Below, in pieces: positions 33,740-40,196 of a stretch of DNA of 40,196 nt. Made by a program: the position numbers and the translations under genes. The notes below the pieces were generated by a model, which saw only the letters and a program-made list of their open reading frames with translations, searched no databases and was not told where the DNA came from. Each line of letters opens with the position of its first letter. The stretch's first letter is position 1. Source of the stretch: a bacterium (lineage in GTDB: Bacteria; Patescibacteriota; Minisyncoccia; UBA6257; GWB1-50-10); contig DAIDBF010000008.1 of NCBI GenBank assembly GCA_027310235.1, forward strand, positions 1-40,196, read 5' to 3'.

Positions 33740-34903
33740 TTATTGTTCACTCTGAAGCACCGCTTTCCCGTTTTGAATCAAATATTTTCCGCTCAAAGTG
33801 ATACGTACGAAGTTGTGCCCATCAAACGCGATATCACCGATATGTCCCTTAAATCTCCCGCGTGAGAGATCATTCAGAACTTTCTCGGCATCGTTACCGT
33901 CTTTTGTAATCAAGCTGGTAATAAGGTCTACGGCGTCGAGCGTAGAAGCGGTGTAATAATGACCAAGGTCATTCAGAGTACCGCCTTGGTCTTTATTTAT
34001 CGCTTCCTCGATTGCGAGAAGTTCTGGAGAGTTCACGTTTGGGGCATCAATAACGATCATCCCCTCGGTGAAATTTCCCGCAGGGGCGCGCCCCGAATCA
34101 AGAAGATACGCGAGCTGGCCAAAGAGTTTATATCCTGTCCATGCCTTCATTTCCGCAAGCTGCCGAATAAGGTTCTCCGCAGTGACTCCTGGATTAGGAT
34201 TGAGAAGCACAGCATCAGGGCTTGCTTGGCGCACTTTTTCGAGCGTGCTCCTGAAATCAGAAGTTCCCTTCGGGAACGTCTCGTTTGCCACGACACTCAC
34301 CGACGGATAGTTCTTGATATCTTCAAGAAATGTATCCCGGATCCCGATGTTATACTCGTTCTGCTCAGTAATAACTGCCACCTTTTTATATGAACTCAAT
34401 GCCTTTGCGAGATCCTCGCCGGTCTTTTTATCCGAGTAAGAAAGCGAAAGGGTGTATTTTCCGATCCCTTCGATTTTCGGGTTTGAAGAACCCGGGGAAA
34501 GCACGAGAACCTGACTCTGGTCCGCAAGCGGAGCCATACTCATCGTCTCCGAAGAACAAAGACCTCCGATAATGAACTTCACTCCATCAATACTGGTGAG
34601 CTTCTGAAATGCATTCACTGCATCATTCCCTGCACACTTTCCGTCCTCATAGACTACCTCAAACTTGGTTCCGTTCTCGCCCGCAGCTTCGTTTATTTGC
34701 TTCACGCGATAAAGAGCTATTTTCTGCATCTCCTGCCCCAGAACAGCCGCATCTCCGCTTAATGGCGCGACAAAACCAATCTTCACTGTTTTTCCCGCGA
34801 CTGACGAAGGATTGGGACTGCCAGTCGCCGCGAAATATATCGCGATTACCACTACAACAAGTCCTACTACCCACCACAAACTTTTATTCGATTTTTGTTC
34901 CAT
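33740..34903 (-). CDS. periplasmic substrate-binding protein (LivK / type I PBP-like)
   Basis: It starts MEQKSNKSLWWVVGLVVVVIAIY (signal anchor), followed by KIGFVAPLSGDAAVLGQ. The start at 34903 is preferred over the track start at 35023. Confidence 0.7.
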   Translation of the reverse strand: MEQKSNKSLWWVVGLVVVVIAIYFAATGSPNPSSVAGKTVKIGFVAPLSGDAAVLGQEMQKIALYRVKQINEAAGENGTKFEVVYEDGKCAGNDAVNAFQKLTSIDGVKFIIGGLCSSETMSMAPLADQSQVLVLSPGSSNPKIEGIGKYTLSLSYSDKKTGEDLAKALSSYKKVAVITEQNEYNIGIRDTFLEDIKNYPSVSVVANETFPKGTSDFRSTLEKVRQASPDAVLLNPNPGVTAENLIRQLAEMKAWTGYKLFGQLAYLLDSGRAPAGNFTEGMIVIDAPNVNSPELLAIEEAINKDQGGTLNDLGHYYTASTLDAVDLITSLITKDGNDAEKVLNDLSRGRFKGHIGDIAFDGHNFVRITLSGKYLIQNGKAVLQSEQ

Positions 34904-35080
34904 TTTTTTATTTTTTTTTGACCTTTGTAATGGTCTTATCATCCCACTTGAGAAAAGGAACGTCAATGTAAACTGTGGATAAGGGAGGGGGCGAGTTTTG
35001 TTTTGTTTTCCCTCATCTCGCACAAAGCTCCGTTTGGAGCACTCCTCCTCGTCACTCCTCGGGAAATGAATGGAACTACT

Positions 35081-35132
35081 TGAGTTTACACTAAGTTATT
35101 TAGCTATGGCTAAATAACTTAGTGTAAACTCA
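35081..35132. other. perfect 24-bp AT-rich palindrome with a 4-nt loop
   Basis: The sequence is tgagtttacactaagttatttagc-tatg-gctaaataacttagtgtaaactca. It lies between the rpsI terminator and the transporter operon. Confidence 0.8.
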
Positions 35133-35185
35133 CATAAGGGCTGTTTTATTTTTACCATCGCCCACTCCTCACAACGGTGGCGCAA

Positions 35186-35213
35186 CAAAAAATCCCCTTT
35201 CGGGGACTTTTTT
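35186..35213 (-). terminator. intrinsic terminator of the ribosomal protein operon
   Basis: The minus strand reads AAAAAAGTCCCCGAAAGGGGATTTTTTGTTG, beginning 2 nt after the rpsI stop. Confidence 0.8.
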
Positions 35214-35214
35214 G

Positions 35215-35688
35215 TTAACGTTTGCGCCACTGCTGAGGTCTTCGTGCTTTTCGTAAACCGTATTTCTTGCGTTCCACTTTGCGGGGATCGCGTTTCAAGT
35301 ATCCGAGTGATTTCAGTTTCGAGCGCCAGATGGGATTCATCGCAACGAGCGCTCGCGCGAGTCCCAGTCGGATCGCCTTCGATTGTGCATTCACTCCTCC
35401 TCCTTTTACGATCGCCGTTGCATAGTACTCTTTCAAAGAAAGCGCCTCGAACGGTGCGCGCACGACTGCCTGGTACTTTGCGAGAGGAAAGTACTCAGAG
35501 AAGCTCTTTCCATTCACGGCCATCTCCGGCTCCTTGCCCGCTTTCGATCTGCCGGTAAAAAGACGCACGCGCGCAACGGCGGTCTTTCTCCTGCCTACCG
35601 CTTCGATATAGCGCTCCTTCGAAGCTCCCGTTTCCTTCGGTTTTTTCACCTTCTTCGATTGTTCCGTTTTCGTGGTTTTTGTCGGCAT
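35215..35688 (-). CDS. rpsI: 30S ribosomal protein S9 (with a Lys-rich N-terminal extension)
   Basis: It contains GRRKTAVARVRL and ends in KYGLRKARRPQQWRKR. Confidence 0.93.
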   Translation of the reverse strand: MPTKTTKTEQSKKVKKPKETGASKERYIEAVGRRKTAVARVRLFTGRSKAGKEPEMAVNGKSFSEYFPLAKYQAVVRAPFEALSLKEYYATAIVKGGGVNAQSKAIRLGLARALVAMNPIWRSKLKSLGYLKRDPRKVERKKYGLRKARRPQQWRKR

Positions 35689-35695
35689 AGGTTCG

Positions 35696-36037
35696 TTATA
35701 ATTCGATGGTTAACCGCTTCATCCGTCTCACGTTCAGGCGATTTTTGGGAAGCATGAGCTTCACCGCGTGACGTATGACCCACGCGGGATCCTTGGCGAA
35801 TTTTTCCTCGTACCGCTCTTCTTTCAAATGACCGAGAGGACCCGAGTGATGATAGTATTTCTTTTGCTGCGTTTTCCTTCCCGTCACCATGATCTTCGAC
35901 GCGTTCTTGAGAAGCACGGAGTCACTCCCCTCTTTCTGGGGGTCATAGGAAGGACTCTTTTTCCCCTGGAGAACGAGTGCTATCTCGGAAGCTATTCTTC
36001 CCAACGGTTTGTGTTTTGCATCGATAGTGTACTGCAT
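35696..36037 (-). CDS. rplM: 50S ribosomal protein L13 (short, 113 aa)
   Basis: It carries PLGRIASEIALVLQGKKSPSY, VTGRK and MLPKN, and lies upstream of rpsI. Confidence 0.9.
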   Translation of the reverse strand: MQYTIDAKHKPLGRIASEIALVLQGKKSPSYDPQKEGSDSVLLKNASKIMVTGRKTQQKKYYHHSGPLGHLKEERYEEKFAKDPAWVIRHAVKLMLPKNRLNVRRMKRLTIEL

Positions 36038-36066
36038 ACTTTAAACTTGAAACAATAAACTGGAAA

Positions 36067-36420
36067 CTATTTTATAAACTCTATCGTGACCATCTTCGAA
36101 CCGTCATGTTTTCTCGCGACGGCCTGTTTTACGATCCTTGTATATCCTCCCTTCCGCGCCGCATAACGGGGCGCAAGTTCGTGATACACTTTATATGCCG
36201 CGGCCTTGGGAAGATATTTAAGAAGCAGTTTCATTCCCGCAAGGTTCTGTTTTTTCCCGTAGGTCACGTATCGTTCCGCAACCATACGGATTTCTTTCGC
36301 CCTCGCTTCCGTCGTACGGATGCGTTCGTGACGTACGAGATTGTTCGCGAGCACTTTTAAGAAGGACTTTCTCGGTCCTCGTTTCAAACCAAATTTTCTT
36401 CCTTTGTTTAAATGACGCAT
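36067..36420 (-). CDS. rplQ: 50S ribosomal protein L17
   Basis: It starts MRHLNKGRKFGLKRGPRKSFLKVLANNLVRHERIRTTEARAKE. The start at 36420 is preferred. The track ORF start at 36492 runs into repeat F2 copy D. Confidence 0.92.
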   Translation of the reverse strand: MRHLNKGRKFGLKRGPRKSFLKVLANNLVRHERIRTTEARAKEIRMVAERYVTYGKKQNLAGMKLLLKYLPKAAAYKVYHELAPRYAARKGGYTRIVKQAVARKHDGSKMVTIEFIK

Positions 36421-36618
36421 GCCAATACTATCTTGCGTTTCGAGCCGTACTACGGCGATGAAACGTAAGCCATAGTATTGCGCACCGAGCACTCAACGTG
36501 AGTGATTCGGGATTCGACGATAGTTGTGATGTGGTGTGATTCATGGTGTTTCTTTCGAATATCGTGGTTGAGTGCTCGGTAAGGTTTTGTGTATCGCGCT
36601 TCGCGCGATATAAAGCCC
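36421..36618. repeat. structured repeat family F2, copy D (fills the rpoA stop to rplQ ATG gap exactly)
   Basis: It is 198 nt and differs from copy B (16185-16382) at 8 positions by my manual alignment. P2 is cttgcgtttc/gaaacgtaag, which contains a G-T pair when read on the plus strand. Confidence 0.75.
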
Positions 36619-37383
36619 TTACTTCTTCTTTTTCGTCTTCTTCTCCGTCTCTCCCTCTTCTTTCTCTGCGCTTTTCGGAACGGCGGGGATTACTTCAATC
36701 GCGCTCAGTTTCTCGAAGTGATCTTTCAAAATATTCGTCGCCTTATGAAGCGCCTCAGAAGGGCTGATCGAGCCATCCGTCGCTATCTCGAGTTCCAGGC
36801 GGTTATAATCGGTACGATCGCCTACACGCATGTCTTCCACCTTAAAGGCGACACGAACCACCGGAGAGAAGATCGCGTCCAGAACAATCGTTCCCACGAA
36901 AAGACGCTCCAAGCGATGCGCTTCCGAAATGACGTAGCCAAGCCCTTTTTCAACCGTGAGTTCTATATCAAGATCTGCGTTCTTTTTCGTAAGCGTCGCG
37001 AGATGCAAATTGTTATTGATAACTTGCACGAACGTAGTCGATTGAATATCGGCGGCAGTAACTTCCCGCTCCCCTTTCACGCGGAGCGAAAGCGTCTGCG
37101 GTTCGTCGGCATCAAAAATAAATCTTATTTTTTTCAGATTGAGCGAGAACTCAACGACATCTTCCATCATCCCCGGAATCGTCGAAAATTCATGATCCGC
37201 TCCTTTTATTTTGATCTGTGTGATTGCCGCACCGGGAAGCGACGACAAAAGCGTGCGACGCAACGCATTACCGAGCGTCGTTCCATAGCCGGTATACAAT
37301 CCTTCGATGTGAAACACACCGATGTTCTTGTTCTCGGAGACCTTCTTTACGACTACCGTTTCGCTTAAATGAGAGTATTTCAT
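36619..37383 (-). CDS. rpoA: DNA-directed RNA polymerase alpha subunit, N-terminal domain only
   Basis: It carries GYGTTLGNALRRTLLSSLPGAAI and ends after the NTD with AVPKSAEKEEGETEKKTKKKK. The alternative start at 37410 overlaps rpsD by 11 nt. Confidence 0.88.
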   Translation of the reverse strand: MKYSHLSETVVVKKVSENKNIGVFHIEGLYTGYGTTLGNALRRTLLSSLPGAAITQIKIKGADHEFSTIPGMMEDVVEFSLNLKKIRFIFDADEPQTLSLRVKGEREVTAADIQSTTFVQVINNNLHLATLTKKNADLDIELTVEKGLGYVISEAHRLERLFVGTIVLDAIFSPVVRVAFKVEDMRVGDRTDYNRLELEIATDGSISPSEALHKATNILKDHFEKLSAIEVIPAVPKSAEKEEGETEKKTKKKK

Positions 37384-37399
37384 ACTGTATGAGCCCTTG

Positions 37400-38002
37400 T
37401 TACCGGGCAAAAAATTGAACGACCAAGTTTATATCAAATGGTAATTGTAACCCTTCGAGCGGCGGGTTCGAAACGCACTTTCCCTCGAGCTGCTCCGGTT
37501 TGAGTTCGAGCCACGAAGGTGCCGAATATTCCTTGAGGCGAACATGGATATCCTCGAAGAGCTTCGAGTCCCGCGACTCCGGACGGATACGTACGACATC
37601 TCCTATTCTCACACGAAATGAAGGAATTGTCACTTTTCTTCCGTTCACAAGGATGTGCCCGTGCGAGACAAGCTGGCGGGCGATGCGGGGCGATTTCGCA
37701 AATCCCATGAGAAACACGACGTGGTCCAACCGCGTCTCGAGCCGAAGCAGGATGTCTTCCTGCGAATGGTGGGAGAACAAGTTTTGCATCTGGCGGTTGT
37801 TGAAACCGTACGAAAGCTGAGCTTTCTGTTTTTCCTGAAGCTGACGCCCGTAATCGGAGACCATCCGACGATGTTTCTGTCCGTGCATCCCGGGACGGTA
37901 CGGATGACGCACCATCGCGCACTTCGGCGAATTACAACGATCCGCTTTGACAAAAAGCTTTACCCCGAGGGATCGTTCTTTTTTTTCCTTAATGCTTCTC
38001 AT
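37400..38002 (-). CDS. rpsD: 30S ribosomal protein S4
   Basis: 200 aa with SDYGRQLQEKQK and an S4 RNA-binding domain (RLDHVVFLMGFAKSPRIARQLVSHGHILVNG). Confidence 0.93.
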   Translation of the reverse strand: MRSIKEKKERSLGVKLFVKADRCNSPKCAMVRHPYRPGMHGQKHRRMVSDYGRQLQEKQKAQLSYGFNNRQMQNLFSHHSQEDILLRLETRLDHVVFLMGFAKSPRIARQLVSHGHILVNGRKVTIPSFRVRIGDVVRIRPESRDSKLFEDIHVRLKEYSAPSWLELKPEQLEGKCVSNPPLEGLQLPFDINLVVQFFAR

Positions 38003-38004
38003 AG

Positions 38005-38457
38005 CTATACTCTCCTTGTTTTTCGCGGACGAGGTCCGTTATGCGGGATCGGCGTTACATCCCTGATTGCAATGATATTCAATCCCCTTGCAGCAAAGGA
38101 TCGGATCGCGGAATCTCTTCCGCTTCCCACGCCGCGTATGCGGATCTCCACTGTCGAGGGGCCGGTTTTCTCTATCTTCTGAGCGATCGCTTCCGCAACT
38201 TTCGATGCGGCAAACGGCGTTGCTTTCTTCGGACCGGAAAATCCGAGCGATCCCGCAGACATCCACGCAATTACTTTTCCCTGCATATCGGTCACGGTGA
38301 TGATCGTATTGTTATAGCTCGTTTGGATATAGATTCTCCCCTGTTCCACGCGCGATTTTCCTCCCGTACTTGCCTGTTTGGCAACGGTGCTTTCCATCGA
38401 CTCATTCTCTTTAATGAGTTCTTCTTTCGATTTTTGGATTACTTTCTTCTTACCCAT
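38005..38457 (-). CDS. rpsK: 30S ribosomal protein S11 (with an N-terminal extension)
   Basis: It carries GRIYIQTSYNNTIITVTD, GVGSGRDSAIR and DVTPIPHNGPRPRKTRRV. Confidence 0.93.
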   Translation of the reverse strand: MGKKKVIQKSKEELIKENESMESTVAKQASTGGKSRVEQGRIYIQTSYNNTIITVTDMQGKVIAWMSAGSLGFSGPKKATPFAASKVAEAIAQKIEKTGPSTVEIRIRGVGSGRDSAIRSFAARGLNIIAIRDVTPIPHNGPRPRKTRRV

Positions 38458-38564
38458 ACCTTAATTTTTAATTTAAAATTTTTAATCAAATCTTAATATT
38501 TTAAAACTAAAAATTTCATCATTTAAAATTGAATAAAAATTTCAAATTAAGAATTACAAATTTA
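38458..38564. other. extremely AT-rich 107-nt spacer between rpsM and rpsK
   Basis: It is composed almost entirely of A and T, with reiterated aattttta/ttaaaat units. Flanking DNA is of ordinary composition. Confidence 0.7.
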
Positions 38565-38948
38565 TTATTTAAGCTCCACCTTTCTCTTTCCGCTTCCGGC
38601 GGTCTTTCGCACGTTGCCGCGCACTGTTCTCGAATTCGTCTTCGTACGCTGACCCCTTACGGGAAGTCGTCTCACGTGGCGGACGCCTCGATATGCTTTC
38701 ACATCCTTCAATCGATTGATGTTCTGCCGGATTACCTGCCGCAACTCTCCTTCCACCTTTACATGTTTTTCGAGATAAGATTGAATTTTGTTCACTTCCT
38801 CGGGCGTCAGATCCTTCGCGTGTTTTTCAGCGTCGATATGAGATGCTTCGAGAATTTTAATGGCGTTTGTCGGTCCTACCCCGAAAATATAACGAAGCGC
38901 GATGCGCGTTTTCTTGTTATCAGGAATATTTACGCCGGCTACTCTCAT
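38565..38948 (-). CDS. rpsM: 30S ribosomal protein S13
   Basis: It starts MRVAGVNIPDNKKTRIALRYIFGVG and contains YRGVRHVRRLPVRGQRTKTNSRT. Confidence 0.94.
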   Translation of the reverse strand: MRVAGVNIPDNKKTRIALRYIFGVGPTNAIKILEASHIDAEKHAKDLTPEEVNKIQSYLEKHVKVEGELRQVIRQNINRLKDVKAYRGVRHVRRLPVRGQRTKTNSRTVRGNVRKTAGSGKRKVELK

Positions 38949-38953
38949 TGTTG

Positions 38954-39070
38954 TTATCCTTGTTTCTGCTTATGCTTCGGATTTTTTTTGCAAATGACAT
39001 AAAGCCGTCCTTTGCGGCGGACGGTTTTGCAATCACTGCAAATCTTTTTTACCGACGCTCGTACTTTCAT
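38954..39070 (-). CDS. rpmJ: 50S ribosomal protein L36
   Basis: It is not in the ORF track because it is only 38 aa. My translation is [38 protein letters not shown]. It sits in the canonical position between infA and rpsM. Confidence 0.9.
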   Translation of the reverse strand: MKVRASVKKICSDCKTVRRKGRLYVICKKNPKHKQKQG

Positions 39071-39194
39071 CCCGCACCTTTAGAGGATCACGCTTCTTAC
39101 AAAGCACAATACTCTCCGGTTATTTACGACATTTTTTTGTTGCATTTTATCTCAATTTTACATTCCCACAACCCTCTAAAGGTCGGGATTCATA
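39071..39194 (-). promoter_or_regulatory. structured leader family F5, copy 2 (fills the infA stop to rpmJ ATG gap exactly)
   Basis: The minus strand reads AATCCCGACCTTTAGAGGGTTGTGGGA...GTAAGAAGCGTGATCCTCTAAAGGTGCGGG-ATG. The outer helix pairs CCCGACCTTTAGAGG with CCTCTAAAGGTGCGGG (one bulged G). It is homologous over its full length to 29689-29815. Confidence 0.65.
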
Positions 39195-39425
39195 CTATAA
39201 CCTTCTCACGATCCGTCCGCGTTTGTCGGTCGGACTTGTCATTTCGAGTATTACCCGATCGCCGGGAATTACGCGAATTCGATGAAGTTTTAACTTTCCC
39301 GCAAGGTGTCCGAGAATTTCTTTTTTCTCTTCCCCCTCCCTTCCTACATTCACGCGGAAGAGAAGACCCGGCAAGGCCTCTTCAACTTTTCCCTCGACTC
39401 TCAAGAAGCTCGGATCGGTTTTCAT
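39195..39425 (-). CDS. infA: translation initiation factor IF-1
   Basis: 76 aa with an S1-like fold (RVEGKVEEALPGLLFRVN...GKLKLHRIRVIPGDRVILEMTSPTDKRGRIVRR). Confidence 0.9.
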   Translation of the reverse strand: MKTDPSFLRVEGKVEEALPGLLFRVNVGREGEEKKEILGHLAGKLKLHRIRVIPGDRVILEMTSPTDKRGRIVRRL

Positions 39426-39440
39426 TAATAGGCAGGTTCT

Positions 39441-39469
39441 ATAGTAACGAAGACCCTAGGGAATGTCAA
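39441..39469 (-). promoter_or_regulatory. sigma70-type promoter of the infA-rpmJ-rpsM-rpsK-rpsD-rpoA-rplQ string (TTGACA, 17-nt spacer, TACTAT)
   Basis: The minus strand reads TTGACATTCCCTAGGGTCTTCGTTACTATAGAACCTGCCTATTAATG. There are 15 nt from the -10 box to the ATG and no SD. Confidence 0.6.
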
Positions 39470-39471
39470 CA

Positions 39472-40196
39472 TTATATGACCTCGCTTTGGTAACACGCTT
39501 CACAATACACGATCTCCGGGCGATCTGGAGCGAAGGTTGTTTCGAACTCATTCGGGCACTTCTCTTTGCCGTGCTGGTGCGACGCGACATTTACGTACAC
39601 GCCGTTTCCCGACCTCGCTCCCTCGCATTGGCATATACGACGCCAAAGCGTAAAGGGATTACGTTTTTTGAGCCGTTCATAATGCCTGCAGTTCGGGCAT
39701 AATCGCGGAAGCGGGATACGCATACGGCGATAGAATTCGAGTTCTTCTTTGGCAAGTTTGAACGCGGTGGCGCACTGTTCCATGCATTTTCCCTCGTGAG
39801 CGCATCCTATCACTTCATTTACAATATCATCGCTTGCCTCATCAATTCGTACCGGAAGATCTTCGGGTTTCTTCGTAATCACGTAATTCTTGTCTCCCGA
39901 ATCCCGCCATAGATATCCTTCGGCTTCCACCTGATTCTTCGTGAGCGGGAAGAACTCCTGTGCGATCGTCTCGTTGTACGCATGAGGACTCAACTCCCCG
40001 GGAGGAAATTCTCCATAAGCATACGTTCTTCTCTTCTTGTCCACGTACGGCATCGCGTTCATGTGTTCGATAACTTTCGGAAGCATTTTTTCATACTCCT
40101 CTTTCGAGTACTGTTTGTTCAGGATGCAGTACTCTTTATTGCGTACTCCAACACATCCGAAGCAGTTATTCGATCCGCGGCAGAAAAACGCATAAC
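39472..40196 (-). CDS. Cys-rich protein, paralog of 22694-24415 (5' end beyond the window)
   Basis: The frame stays open upstream of the track ORF (...NCFGCVGVRNKEYCILNKQYSKEEYEKMLPKV...). This aligns with SCTASTGLKKKEYCLLNKQYTKDEYTRIL of the first paralog. Both share the C-terminal module ...EELEFYRRMRIPLPRLCPNCR...CPNEFETTFAPDRPEIVYCEACY. Confidence 0.7.
   Translation of the reverse strand, partial: YAFFCRGSNNCFGCVGVRNKEYCILNKQYSKEEYEKMLPKVIEHMNAMPYVDKKRRTYAYGEFPPGELSPHAYNETIAQEFFPLTKNQVEAEGYLWRDSGDKNYVITKKPEDLPVRIDEASDDIVNEVIGCAHEGKCMEQCATAFKLAKEELEFYRRMRIPLPRLCPNCRHYERLKKRNPFTLWRRICQCEGARSGNGVYVNVASHQHGKEKCPNEFETTFAPDRPEIVYCEACYQSEVI

Noticed and set aside
1-40196. CRISPR arrays, rRNA or tRNA genes, transposases, integrases, reverse transcriptases, toxin-antitoxin pairs and recognisable defense genes.
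   Set aside because: I found no regularly spaced short direct repeats, no cloverleaf candidates in the intergenic regions, and no ORF with motifs of these families. All repeats seen are the hairpin-rich families reported above.

Overview
The window is 40,196 nt and almost entirely coding. It is dominated by minus-strand housekeeping operons of a compact bacterial genome. Short proteins, tiny or overlapping gene junctions, a pilin-like gene and large Cys-rich hypothetical proteins suggest an uncultivated reduced-genome lineage such as CPR/Patescibacteria; that placement is inference only.

Gene order:
- P-type ATPase (partial), xseB, xseA
- dnaJ, membrane protein, dnaK, grpE, hrcA (with a CIRCE operator)
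- an alpha/beta hydrolase interrupted by an in-frame TAG
- a pilin-like gene and a GT-C glycosyltransferase
- ftsQ-like gene and a PKD-domain protein
- serS, lysS, greA, mrdA, mreD, mreC, mreB, proS
- a 573-aa Cys-rich protein
- ddl, rseP, frr, holB, and a second mreB
- a PEGA-domain protein
- a livGMHK-like ABC transporter
- rpsI, rplM, rplQ, rpoA, rpsD, rpsK, rpsM, rpmJ, infA
- a second Cys-rich paralog (partial)

No rRNA, tRNA, CRISPR array, transposase or reverse transcriptase was recognised.

The most unusual content is non-coding. Nearly every intergenic gap longer than about 100 nt is occupied by a member of one of five structured repeat families, which I label F1 to F5.
- Within each family the helix arms differ between copies but stay complementary.
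- F2, F4 and F5 fill the space from one gene's stop codon to the next gene's ATG exactly.
- F1 and F3 sit at operon boundaries and occur twice as an F1-F3 tandem.

Operon-leading genes carry -10 boxes only 6-9 nt from the ATG, which implies leaderless mRNAs.
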